Shown: positions 9,275 to 18,282, numbered from the stretch's first letter. The stretch: 64,000 nucleotides of DNA from Methanobacteriota archaeon (GCA_963720465.1 OY970393.1:514893-578892), one strand, 5' to 3'. A program made the numbers and translations. The notes: generated from the sequence alone by a model not told the origin.

Positions 9275-10189
9275 TCACGCAATCTCTGACCAGAGGATCT
9301 GATCAAGCTTGACAGATTGATCACATTGTGAGAAAAACGGTAAAGCCGCAATCGCCCCGATAATGCCGCGCCCCTCCAAGCGAACTTCCACGCCGGCCGC
9401 GTCAGCTGCTTCCATAGCCGCTGAGCGCGACACTTCACCTGAGCGAGCGGCGTCGCCGTAATTCAAGAGGCTTTTCGCGCCAAATGAGTTCAAAACAGCC
9501 ATGCCTGTTTGATCTGAAAGCGTATAGTCCTCTAAAAGTTCTTGAAACTTCTTGATAGGCTTGTTGGCGTTCAAACTAGCAAACTCCACGACAGTAGCCA
9601 CGCAATTTTTCGTCTTCGCCTTTACTGGGTAGAGCTGCACGATAGCATGGGAGACGTAACGAAGTGTGTTATTGTCCACCATTGCGGCTATATTGTTTAC
9701 TAGCGACCACGTCGCACCTTCTTCTTTTGTGTCAGTATCGTCTACTCCAACGATGACGCGCGACCGTTTCGGCAATGTGAGCGTCCCGCGACTCATTTTA
9801 CTACCTCCTGCAGGCGTCAAATCATAGTCGATGACGTCGCGGGCTAGCGCCCGGCACATGGTAGCGCCCACGCCACCCCCTCCAAGACCCGCGTACGTCA
9901 CTTTTACGGTATCGTCTGACAGTTCGACCGATTCAATTCCCCCAGCGGAAACAGAAGGCCTGAGTTTTAGCTTGGATGTACCCACTCTTAATAGATAACG
10001 CGTCGTACTTCCTACGGCACGGCTTGAGATGATCAGCGGACTCGTTTGGGTATAATGGTAGCGCGCCCACGCCGCGCCCCCGTAGCAGTTCGTTACTTCA
10101 AGCAGCTCGACACAGTCCGTTCCTGCGATCGCGAGTATGTCTTGATAGGGCACTATCCAGGGCAGCTGACTAAAATCAGGGGCGGCCAT
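9275..10189 (-). CDS. conserved methanogen-type protein with a TiaS-like VGVDDTD motif (possibly methanogenesis marker protein 11)
   Basis: ~304 aa. It contains GLGGGGVGATMC and RVIVGVDDTDTKEEGATW, which resembles the N-terminal motif of tRNA-agmatinylcytidine synthetase-like domains. It is last in a same-strand run with ycaO-tfuA. ATG 10189 is preferred over TTG 10219. The marker-11 name is from memory, not verified. Confidence 0.4.
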   Translation of the reverse strand: MAAPDFSQLPWIVPYQDILAIAGTDCVELLEVTNCYGGAAWARYHYTQTSPLIISSRAVGSTTRYLLRVGTSKLKLRPSVSAGGIESVELSDDTVKVTYAGLGGGGVGATMCRALARDVIDYDLTPAGGSKMSRGTLTLPKRSRVIVGVDDTDTKEEGATWSLVNNIAAMVDNNTLRYVSHAIVQLYPVKAKTKNCVATVVEFASLNANKPIKKFQELLEDYTLSDQTGMAVLNSFGAKSLLNYGDAARSGEVSRSAAMEAADAAGVEVRLEGRGIIGAIAALPFFSQCDQSVKLDQILWSEIA

Positions 10190-10199
10190 CAAGAGAACC

Positions 10200-10712
10200 T
10201 CAATCTTTGTTTGTGCCAAAACGATTTAAAGCTGTTCTTAACTCATCAGCAACAATTATGCTGGCCCTGCGCGCAGCTGGGCTCAGGCCTTCTCCGAACT
10301 CTCGGTCTAAAGGCTGGATCCCGATTACAAAAATTCCGGCACTGGTTTCTGATCGAAGATAGTCCCCGAGCACCGCAAGCGAAGGCCGATGCGTTGTGAT
10401 CGCAATACCCTCAAGTTCGCTCAGCTCAAGGATGCGAGCTTCTCCGGGAACGCCGCCGAAATCGGCTGCGTCTATCAGTATCACGCAAGCTGGCTTGAAG
10501 CGCTTGACGCGACCTGTGAAGTTCTCTGGGACTTCGTGACATTTTATCAGAGAGATCGAAGGGTGATCAATGAGCGCACCTAACCTATCTATAACAGCAA
10601 GTCCGACAGCATCATCGCGTCGAAATTCGTTTCCAATGCCCAAGAGTGCGATCTTCGTGCCGGCGCACCTCTGCAGGCGGTGGCTCACGTCAGACTCGAA
10701 TCGATCTATCAC
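10200..10712 (-). CDS. hydrogenase maturation endopeptidase-like protein (peptidase A31; HycI/FrhD family)
   Basis: 170 aa with IALLGIGNEFRRDDAVGLAVIDRL and ILIDAADFGG, the conserved Asp-containing blocks of [NiFe]-hydrogenase C-terminal processing proteases. GTG start. Confidence 0.65.
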   Translation of the reverse strand: MIDRFESDVSHRLQRCAGTKIALLGIGNEFRRDDAVGLAVIDRLGALIDHPSISLIKCHEVPENFTGRVKRFKPACVILIDAADFGGVPGEARILELSELEGIAITTHRPSLAVLGDYLRSETSAGIFVIGIQPLDREFGEGLSPAARRASIIVADELRTALNRFGTNKD

Positions 10713-10720
10713 GGTCGCAC

Positions 10721-11389
10721 CTAACGCAACTGATTATGAAGTTTAATGGTTGCTTGGACCACGAGTTTCGCATCTCGCTTTTTCAGGTCATAGTCGTGGT
10801 CCGCGAGGAACGTCTCGATCGCGGTACGCCCCTGCTTAGTTACCAGTACACGTTGTTCTGCGATGCTCAAAAGCAAAGGAAAGCTTCGTTCCATATAGAA
10901 GATGCTGCGTGCTAGACCCAAGAGTGCGTCACTCGTGGTGGTATCGACGACGCCGGTCTGAACAAGCGAGTGCAAGGCGAACCGGATATTCACGAGCGGA
11001 TCAGATACGGGCGCGAAAGTAACTGGATTATACGCCACGGCAACCTCATCATCCGCTTCAATAAGACCCTGCTTAAAGCAGGCGTAGATTTTACCAACTC
11101 CGATCATGCCAAACCCATCAAGTTCCGAGGCCCGCAACGCCCCCATGCTGGATCCACCAACAACGGTCACGCCTGACCGCACAGCATCAATGATTTCCCG
11201 ATGTGAAACTGCTGCGCGATCATAAAAAACCCCGTCAATCAAGCCGATGAGGCTTGCCCCTGCTTTAGCTGCGCCAGAGACATCGCCTCGCGCGGCAGGA
11301 GCGCAACAGTGCAGCCGCCCGTCTATTGACGCCACTTCAGACCACGATAAGCTTGGGCCCGTGAATATTATGCAGTCGTGCTTCGCCAT
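10721..11389 (-). CDS. tfuA: TfuA-like protein
   Basis: 222 aa, MAKHDCIIFTGPSLS...PAARGDV...IGLIDGVF..., immediately downstream of and overlapping ycaO. This is the typical TfuA partner arrangement. Confidence 0.7.
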   Translation of the reverse strand: MAKHDCIIFTGPSLSWSEVASIDGRLHCCAPAARGDVSGAAKAGASLIGLIDGVFYDRAAVSHREIIDAVRSGVTVVGGSSMGALRASELDGFGMIGVGKIYACFKQGLIEADDEVAVAYNPVTFAPVSDPLVNIRFALHSLVQTGVVDTTTSDALLGLARSIFYMERSFPLLLSIAEQRVLVTKQGRTAIETFLADHDYDLKKRDAKLVVQATIKLHNQLR

Positions 11390-12585
11390 CCTCTTCCGCG
11401 CTTTCCTTTTCGTTCTCGATCCAAAAAGTAGACCTCAAACCCAGGAATGATAACACGAACCGCCGGAACGCCGATGGCGCTCAGCGTAATGTCTGAGACG
11501 ATAACGCGGTCTGCCACGTTGCTCAGCCGCCCAAGTGTGAGCCTAATGTCGCCGTCAATGGAGTCGGTAGCTGACGTTTCAATTGCGTCAAGCTCAAGGG
11601 TTTCGCCTGGTTCGGCCAACCAGTGCTTGTTGAGTCTTTTCATCCTCTCATACCCAATGGACCGAGCCACAGACTCTCGGTTGGTGTCTTCGCGAGCACC
11701 GTGTATCTGTGTAGCTCTCGACTGAGCTACTTCGGTCAGTGCTCGAAGAGCTGCGATTTGCGGATCAGTGTGACTTCCCGCTCCCATGACCAAAAGAGCC
11801 GCATCACGCATCTTTTCATCATCAGAAGCAGCGACAATTGTGGGGGTGCCCGCGACAGTGGGCACCCACCAGAGATGAACGCGGATCCCGTGTGATTCGA
11901 ACTTCTTGATGATATCGCCGACCGGACTGATGCCCACATTGAGACCGATGCCCGGATTTCGGTTGATCTCGGCGATGCTTACCGCATCTCGTTCGACGAC
12001 TTCCATGAGGCCGTGAAAGATCGCTTCTTCAATGACGTTGCCTGACGCGAGACCATTGGTGTTGCTGCGGAATAGCTGCCATCTGCCTTGCTGCGGCCTG
12101 TATGGGTGAAAAACGGCGTTTGCTGGGACGAGCACCTCCTCATCGTTAAGAATGTCCCAGCTAGGATACCACTCGATTTTGGTGTCTGAGGAAAGATGGC
12201 CTGGTAGTATAAGGTCGGTCGGGTTAAGGGCGCTGTTGTCAGTTGAGAGGTTATCATATGAGTCGAACAACAGTTGCTCCTTGAAATTCTGGACTTCCGC
12301 TGAAAATCGTTCTACAGCCTCCATGATCACTGAAACGCGCGCCTCCGATTCGGTAGTACCCTTGCCAGCATAGACCGAAATCGCGCCGTCTGCCGCCGAA
12401 GGCCTTATCGCAGAAAAAACGGGTAGACCCACGCGGTCAAGTCCTGAAATATCTGCAACACGCGTTATTCCGACCTCAGGTATTACCGACTTTATCCGCT
12501 CAAGAGTTTCTGCCGGGGGCATCACCCTGTGTGTGTCAACGCAATATGTCTTCCGTGCAGAGTGCAGTTCGATCTTGCCTTTCAT
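11368..12585 (-). CDS. ycaO: YcaO-family ATP-dependent amide-activating enzyme (methanogenesis marker 1 type)
   Basis: 405 aa. YcaO-domain blocks (GKGTTESEARVSVIMEAVERFSA, SNTNGLASGNVIEEAIFHGLMEVVERDA, and a C-terminal proline-rich end). Its stop overlaps the tfuA start by 22 nt. Confidence 0.8.
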   Translation of the reverse strand: MKGKIELHSARKTYCVDTHRVMPPAETLERIKSVIPEVGITRVADISGLDRVGLPVFSAIRPSAADGAISVYAGKGTTESEARVSVIMEAVERFSAEVQNFKEQLLFDSYDNLSTDNSALNPTDLILPGHLSSDTKIEWYPSWDILNDEEVLVPANAVFHPYRPQQGRWQLFRSNTNGLASGNVIEEAIFHGLMEVVERDAVSIAEINRNPGIGLNVGISPVGDIIKKFESHGIRVHLWWVPTVAGTPTIVAASDDEKMRDAALLVMGAGSHTDPQIAALRALTEVAQSRATQIHGAREDTNRESVARSIGYERMKRLNKHWLAEPGETLELDAIETSATDSIDGDIRLTLGRLSNVADRVIVSDITLSAIGVPAVRVIIPGFEVYFLDRERKGKRGRGWRSTTA

Positions 12586-12784
12586 AGTGCTCGAATGCGT
12601 ACAGCGATTTGCTATTAGTTTGGCGTGGAGGGCCTGAGAGCGAAAAGCTCCCCTTTACGACATGTGCTGCCGCCTAATAAATAGATCGATGGCTGGCTTG
12701 CCGCGTGCTGCAAAAACGGGCTGAATTCACTCGTGCGTCGCAGTGGATCCACGAGCTGAAGGCTTGAATAGAAACACGGGACTT

Positions 12785-13138
12785 TTAGAGGTCCGCCTCT
12801 TCATCTAGGTTTCCTTTGAAAGTTCCGATGTTTTGCAGTATGTTGTACCAGCGGCGAGAGATAGAGTACGTGAAATCCTCAAACACGATGTAATTGATCT
12901 CCTTAAGATTGGCGCCTTCAGCGATCGTAACAAACGTATAATCAAAATCAGTGGAATAGATCTTGAAAATGTCCCCCAAAGATCCCGTTATTTCGTGTGT
13001 CCTCTCTTCATTGTCTTTCGTCACGCGCCCCCAGCTAGGACCGAAACGCGGATGAATCCCCAGCAGTTTCCAGACGCTCTTTGGACCTTCGATGATGAAA
13101 CTAAGTTTCTCCTTTGAACTAATGGCCGTTTCCATCAC
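12785..13138 (-). CDS. hypothetical protein
   Basis: 117-aa ORF with coding-like composition. No family recognised. Confidence 0.4.
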   Translation of the reverse strand: MMETAISSKEKLSFIIEGPKSVWKLLGIHPRFGPSWGRVTKDNEERTHEITGSLGDIFKIYSTDFDYTFVTIAEGANLKEINYIVFEDFTYSISRRWYNILQNIGTFKGNLDEEADL

Positions 13139-13316
13139 ATACCCTCTCGTTAAGCGTCAGCCGCGACGCAGCCTTGTCGTAGGTACGTTACGATTCGACT
13201 TTGAAAAACTTTGGGGTGCAGTTAGTCAACAAAGGCAAAAATTTTTTTCAGAACGCCTCTGCGCTAGCGAGACCATCGTAGATAGATAGAAGTAGCAAGA
13301 GGTAAAAGTATGTTCA

Positions 13317-13580
13317 ATGCCTTCAGAAGCACAAAAGGACACTAGCGAACAAAACGAGGACGTTTACGAGCTTGTGTTACCCCCGGGCATTCCAAGCAAG
13401 GTCATAATCGCAGCGTGCAAGGAGTTCAACACCGATGTTGTTTCGGCCTATGTCGACGTAGAAACCGGGTTGGCTGATGTGACGGGTCGCGACCTTCTCG
13501 CTTTTAGAGCGGACAAAGAGACCATAGAAAAGATCCGCAAATTCGTAATTGAAGAGACGAGAAAGTTTATTGAAGAGTAA
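13317..13580 (+). CDS. hypothetical protein
   Basis: 87-aa acidic ORF. No family recognised. Confidence 0.4.
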   Translation: MPSEAQKDTSEQNEDVYELVLPPGIPSKVIIAACKEFNTDVVSAYVDVETGLADVTGRDLLAFRADKETIEKIRKFVIEETRKFIEE

Positions 13581-13621
13581 TCGTACGGAATGCAAATGCC
13601 CTTTAGCACTAAGGGCAGGAA

Positions 13622-13942
13622 TCAACCGCCTGGCTCATCAAAACCTCCCATAGTCGCATGAAGCATTTCTCTTTTCTCATCCAGGCGTTTACGGAATTCC
13701 TCGAGTGATTGCGCTTCTTTGTCTGCGGTTTCCATTTCTTTGCTCACGAGCTCTAGGTGATTAGGGTTATAATACAAATTAGTCGAGTCGATAAGCACCC
13801 ATGTTGAATCGCCCGCGACGCGGATCTCTTTCACTTTTCCGCGCGTGTGTGTGCCGGCGTACTTGACTTGTGCACCAACACTAATCGCGTGATTCTTCAT
13901 ATCGTAAGCAATTGCATCGCTCATTCTGTTTTTCCTCTCCAC
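13622..13942 (-). CDS. hypothetical protein (small archaeal beta-rich domain plus acidic tail)
   Basis: 106-aa ORF. The ...VGAQVKYAGTHTRGKVKEIRVAGDSTWVLIDSTNLYY... pattern resembles small conserved archaeal proteins. The family was not verified. Confidence 0.4.
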   Translation of the reverse strand: MERKNRMSDAIAYDMKNHAISVGAQVKYAGTHTRGKVKEIRVAGDSTWVLIDSTNLYYNPNHLELVSKEMETADKEAQSLEEFRKRLDEKREMLHATMGGFDEPGG

Positions 13943-14028
13943 TCCTTAGTTCGTGCGCATCCGTATTAATGCTTATGGAGCGTGCGTCAGCGATATTCGC
14001 GAGCCTCGCAATGAACTGGCTGGGCCGG

Positions 14029-14745
14029 CTAGATAAGCGCGAATGCGCGTATAGGAGAAGCATCAGCTCGCTTCAATCTCAACGGCGCACCAAAAAACAG
14101 CACTCGCTGTCCCGTCAGCAGCCGAAGATTGTCCGACAAGTTCTCGAATATGACAATTCCATTCTGGAGTAGCTTCTTGTGCACTTCGTTTTTAGGCGAG
14201 TGCAGTAGGTCGACGGACATGCTGTCGATTCCGACTGCTTTTGCTTGCTTCTCTATCAGCCAATCAGGCATCGTGATATCGAGGGATGTGTAAGGGCGAC
14301 TCGTCGAACCGCTGGTCGCTGGAACGTTCGATCCTGTGTAAAAGAGGGCGATTTCACCGTTTTTTAGTGGGATTGCTTTTTTCAAATCGTCGGGACTGAC
14401 GCGTGAACCAAGAGCTTTGTGCGTTAGGTCGTAAGTCACCGCGCTGCCGCGGAACGTTTCGAGGGGCAGCTCGTCAACTGTTTTGCCGCGTGCGAGCAGA
14501 TGGTAGGGCACATCGACGTGCGTTCCCGTGTGCGCACCCAAGATGATCCGCGTCGTATTCGCCCCGCCCTCTTTGATTGTGCTGAGGGGCTCAATTAGCG
14601 GGTTAGGGTCCCCAGGATAGATCAGCATGTCAGCCGATATAAGCACGGACAAGTCCACAATTGTATCAGCATTTCGAAGCATAGTTTGAAAGACTGCTAT
14701 GGTATCGGACGAGGTTACGAGTTCACTCTCGTGCTCTCGAAGCAC
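14029..14745 (-). CDS. putative cyclase / arylformamidase-family protein (intact copy)
   Basis: 238 aa with the family metal motif GAHTGTHVDVPYH and downstream DxxS blocks. It lies 32 nt downstream of mtrH copy 2 on the same strand. Confidence 0.65.
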   Translation of the reverse strand: MLREHESELVTSSDTIAVFQTMLRNADTIVDLSVLISADMLIYPGDPNPLIEPLSTIKEGGANTTRIILGAHTGTHVDVPYHLLARGKTVDELPLETFRGSAVTYDLTHKALGSRVSPDDLKKAIPLKNGEIALFYTGSNVPATSGSTSRPYTSLDITMPDWLIEKQAKAVGIDSMSVDLLHSPKNEVHKKLLQNGIVIFENLSDNLRLLTGQRVLFFGAPLRLKRADASPIRAFALI

Positions 14746-14777
14746 TCAAGAAACACAAAAAGAAGAAGGTGCCGGTG

Positions 14778-15719
14778 TTAAACCAGCCTCATCAGCGGTG
14801 TTTTTTCCGTCTGCGGTTCGACTCCTAGCTCTTTGGTGCTCTCCTCAACCATGATGTCGATCATCGCCATAGCGGGGAAGATGATCGTTGCCAAGTCGAT
14901 CGGACCATACAAGAGATAGTCGGCGCCGACAATACCACAGATCATGTTTGCGCCGATGCTGCACGGTTCCCACACCTCTGGGTGGCCGGCCTTCCTGTAT
15001 CTGCGCAACCACGTCCACGCATCAGGGATGTTGTGTGGTCCACCTCCGGTCGGCAACCCAAGCACGCCCTTAAATCCGACCATGGATCGGATTGACTGGC
15101 CCGCGCCGGCGCCGAGTGAGAGCGAAGCGACATCGAGCAGCGGTCTGGTAATGCCCGCCTCTTCACTGGACTGCAAAAGTCCCCTTTCCTGCCCTGTACC
15201 GCCGATGGTGAGCATCTCGATTCGGCCTTTAACGCTCACGTCCGTCGGATTGAACGCCAAAACGATGGCTGAGTCGACATCTGTTTGCTTTATCGCTTCC
15301 CACTCTTCTGGCAGTGCACTTGCGTTGACGGAGTTATAAACGGCGAGATCTCCTGCGCCGATTTCATCCGAGTATTTTGCCGCGAACATGCGCACCGCCG
15401 GCACGCTCGAATCGACCAGGAAGGCGATCCCCGGGGCGATTTCCAGGTGCCAGTCGATGTACTTTTGCATCGCCTCTTCGGTCTCAGCGATCACCTGGTT
15501 CCAGTAGCCGAGCCCTGTCAGGTCCGACAGCTCGACCTGTGTGTTCCATTGCGCTTCGGCGGCGTCCTTGTCAAACGCGCCGTGGACGTGGTCTGTAACC
15601 ACCTTATGCCTGTCGTAGAACATCGAGCTGGCGAGCACGCTCGGATACTCGCCGGGCTGACCTCCAACGTGAAAACCGCCTATCTCGAAAACGGTTTGCT
15701 TTTTATCATACCTAAACAT
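14778..15719 (-). CDS. mtrH: tetrahydromethanopterin S-methyltransferase subunit H, distal duplicate copy
   Basis: 313 aa, MFRYDKKQTVFEIGGFHVGGQPGEYPSVLASSMFY..., a typical MtrH N-terminus and length. About 40 amino-acid differences from the copy at 16767..17708 by my count. Confidence 0.85.
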   Translation of the reverse strand: MFRYDKKQTVFEIGGFHVGGQPGEYPSVLASSMFYDRHKVVTDHVHGAFDKDAAEAQWNTQVELSDLTGLGYWNQVIAETEEAMQKYIDWHLEIAPGIAFLVDSSVPAVRMFAAKYSDEIGAGDLAVYNSVNASALPEEWEAIKQTDVDSAIVLAFNPTDVSVKGRIEMLTIGGTGQERGLLQSSEEAGITRPLLDVASLSLGAGAGQSIRSMVGFKGVLGLPTGGGPHNIPDAWTWLRRYRKAGHPEVWEPCSIGANMICGIVGADYLLYGPIDLATIIFPAMAMIDIMVEESTKELGVEPQTEKTPLMRLV

Positions 15720-15746
15720 GCTATATGAACCTCCTCACGTCGTCAT

Positions 15747-15895
15747 TCACGGTCCGATTAGCTTAAACAAGACCAACAGCTGTGTCAACGAGTTGACACG
15801 ATGCATATGATGATATCTCAAATGAGTCCATAGGCGATGCCTAGTCCCTACCCATGCGCTCCCTTTACCGCTGCGCGACTCGCGTCATCTTCGCG
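15747..15895 (-). pseudogene. dead duplicate of the 3' third of mtrG
   Basis: Aligns by eye with mtrG 17736..~17885. GACATAGGC in mtrG is GACTAGGC here (1-nt loss), which creates an in-frame TAG. The piece has no 5' part. Confidence 0.7.
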
Positions 15896-16148
15896 TCGAA
15901 GACAACTATATTGCCTATGTCGCGTCCTCCAGCATATCATTCGCATGTATGTGTATTAATGCTTATTGAGCCTGAACAACGACCGGGACGGGTTTACCTA
16001 GTGGGCGCACGTGTCCCCGTTAGCGTAATGCAAAAGCGCGCACGGGCGAAGCGTCAGCACGTTCCAGCATCAGCCGCATCGCAAAGAGTGGCGCGCGCTT
16101 GCCTACCAAGAGTCGGAGATTGTTCGAAAGATTTTCAAAGATGGTAAT

Positions 16149-16718
16149 TCAGTTTGCAGAAACTTCTTGTGCACCTCGTTCTCGGGTGAGTCGAGCGAAT
16201 CTACGGACAAGCTGTCGATCCCTGCTGCTTTGACTCGCTTCTCTATCAGCCAGTCCGCGAGAGCCGTATCGGAACAAGGTGAAACAGCCTGCCGAACCGT
16301 TCATCGTCGGATTGTTCGACCTCGCATAAAACAGTGCTATCTTGCGCTGCCGCAAGTGAATTTTCGTCGTCAAATCACCAGGGCATGCGTGACCTAAGAG
16401 CTTTGTGCGTTAGGTCGTAAATCAGCGCGCGGCCGCAGAACGCTTCGAGAGGCAGTTCGTCAAGGGTTTTACGCTTTCTAGGGGACGATAAAGCACATCG
16501 ACATGGGTAACAGCGTGTGCGCTCAAGGCGATACATGTTGTGTTCGCCCCACCCTTGTCGATGGTGCTGAGCACCTCGAGTCGCGGACTGGGATCCCCTG
16601 GATATGTCGCTGTATCAGCTGACATGAGTTGAGACAGATCCACGATTTTTTTTTCTCGCAAAAGGGTCGGGTCAAAGACTGCCATTGAATCGTACCAGAT
16701 CATAGGGCGAAAGATCAA
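16149..16718 (-). pseudogene. decayed duplicate of the cyclase/arylformamidase gene
   Basis: Two ORF fragments in different frames, 16422..16718 (..YPGDPSPRLEVLSTIDKGGANTT..HAVTHVDV..) and 16149..16373. They are colinear with the N- and C-terminal parts of the intact cyclase at 14029..14745. Confidence 0.75.
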
Positions 16719-16766
16719 GCGTGTACCGGTGCGACACGTAAGAAAAAAAGAAAAAAAGTGCTGGTG

Positions 16767-17708
16767 TTAAACCAGCTTACTTAGCGCTGTGTTTTCCGTC
16801 TGCGCTTCGACGCCTAGCTCTGCGGTGCTCTCCTGGACCATGATGTCAATCATCGCCATAGCGGGGAAGATGATCGTTGACAATTCGACCGGACCATACA
16901 AGAGATAGTCGGCGCCGACAATACCACAGATCATGTTTGCGCCGATACTGCACGGTTCCCACACCTCTGGGTGGCCGGCCTTCCTGTATCTGCGCAACCA
17001 CGTCCACGCATCAGGTATGTTGTGTGGTCCGCCTCCAGTCGGGAACCCAAGCGTGCCCTTGAATGCGACCACCGATCGGATTGACTGGCCCGCGCCGGCG
17101 CCGAGTGACAGCGAAGCGACATCGAGCAGCGGCCGCGTAATGCCGGAATCTTCACTAGACGTTAGGAGTCCCTGTTCCTGGCCTGTGCCGCCAACAGTGA
17201 GTATGTCGAGTCGGCCTTTCGGGCTCACGTCCGTCGGATTGAACGCCAAAACGATGGCTGAGTCGACATCTGTTTGCTTTATCGCTTCCCACTCTTCTGG
17301 CAGTGCACTTGCGTTGACGGAGTTATAAACGGCGAGTTTTCCCGCGCCGATTTCATCCGAGTATTTTGCCGCGAACATGCGCACCGCCGGCACGCTCGAA
17401 TCGACCAGGAAGGCGATCCCTGGGGCGATTTCCAGGTGCCAGTCGATGTATTTTTGCATCGCCTCTTCGGTCTCAGCGATCAACTGGTTCCAGTAGCCGA
17501 CGCTTGTCTGGTCCGACAGCTCGACCTGTGTGTTCCATTGCGTTTCGGCGAGTTCCTTGTCAATCTCACCTTTCAGGGGGTCTAAAACCACCTTGTGCTT
17601 GGAGTAGAACATCGAGCTGGCGAGCACGGTCGGATATTCACCGGGCTGACCACCAACGTGAAAACCGCCTATCTCGAAAACGGTTTGCTTTTTATCATAC
17701 CTAAACAT
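16767..17708 (-). CDS. mtrH: tetrahydromethanopterin S-methyltransferase subunit H, operon-proximal copy
   Basis: 313 aa with an MtrH-typical sequence. It directly follows mtrG in the canonical order. Confidence 0.85.
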   Translation of the reverse strand: MFRYDKKQTVFEIGGFHVGGQPGEYPTVLASSMFYSKHKVVLDPLKGEIDKELAETQWNTQVELSDQTSVGYWNQLIAETEEAMQKYIDWHLEIAPGIAFLVDSSVPAVRMFAAKYSDEIGAGKLAVYNSVNASALPEEWEAIKQTDVDSAIVLAFNPTDVSPKGRLDILTVGGTGQEQGLLTSSEDSGITRPLLDVASLSLGAGAGQSIRSVVAFKGTLGFPTGGGPHNIPDAWTWLRRYRKAGHPEVWEPCSIGANMICGIVGADYLLYGPVELSTIIFPAMAMIDIMVQESTAELGVEAQTENTALSKLV

Positions 17709-17735
17709 GCTATATGAACCTCCTCACGTCGTCAT

Positions 17736-17972
17736 TCACGGGAATAGCTTAACTAAGGTCGAGTATTGCGTCAGCGCGTTGAGCACGAGGAATAAGATGA
17801 TCCCTCCGATGAGGCCATAGGCGATGCCTATGTCCCTACCCACGCGCTGCCCGTATCGCTGCGCTACTTCGGCCATTGTAAACTCCAGTCGCTCTTCGAC
17901 CGAGTCGAGTTCGTGCTGGAGCTCTCGATAGTCTGTTTGGTCCACCATTACCTGTGGGAATTGCTTTGGCAT
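17736..17972 (-). CDS. mtrG: tetrahydromethanopterin S-methyltransferase subunit G
   Basis: 78 aa. An acidic helical N-terminus (LDSVEERLEFTMAEVAQRYGQRVGRDIG) is followed by one C-terminal TM helix. Position fits between mtrF and mtrH. Confidence 0.8.
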   Translation of the reverse strand: MPKQFPQVMVDQTDYRELQHELDSVEERLEFTMAEVAQRYGQRVGRDIGIAYGLIGGIILFLVLNALTQYSTLVKLFP

Positions 17973-17983
17973 ATTCTCTTACC

Positions 17984-18274
17984 TCACTTTAGGAAGTGGT
18001 ACAGCAACGGCAGTCCTGCGATAAGGCACGCGCCCGCGAACCCCAACGCAAACCCGAGTATGGAGCTTATCCCGTACCCGGAGTCAAGTTTGAGTGTTCG
18101 CGTGGTAAGTAGCGAGCGATACCTTATGTCGTTCATCAATGCGTCTAAGGATGCCATGCTCGGTGCCAGGGGTTTAGCTATGCCCTGGTCGAACTCAATG
18201 GCTGTTGTGGGTTCGGCTGCTTCGCCGGCTGGTGCCTGCTCTGCGCCGCCTCCGCCAAAACGTTCTGCTGCCAT
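17984..18274 (-). CDS. mtrF: tetrahydromethanopterin S-methyltransferase subunit F
   Basis: 96 aa with the DIRYRSLL motif (compare DIKYRNQL in characterised MtrF) and a C-terminal TM helix. Position fits between mtrA and mtrG. Confidence 0.7.
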   Translation of the reverse strand: MAAERFGGGGAEQAPAGEAAEPTTAIEFDQGIAKPLAPSMASLDALMNDIRYRSLLTTRTLKLDSGYGISSILGFALGFAGACLIAGLPLLYHFLK

Positions 18275-18282
18275 TTTTCACC

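Larger units (their letters stand above)
13950..17890. repeat. direct tandem duplication, two units of ~1.95-2.0 kb (13950..~15895 and ~15940..~17885)
   Basis: By-eye alignment. Both units begin with TTCG.GC.CAT..GTATTAATGCTTAT.GAGC and run through the cyclase gene and mtrH into the 3' ~150 nt of mtrG. The 35 nt upstream of both mtrH ATGs are identical. Confidence 0.8.
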
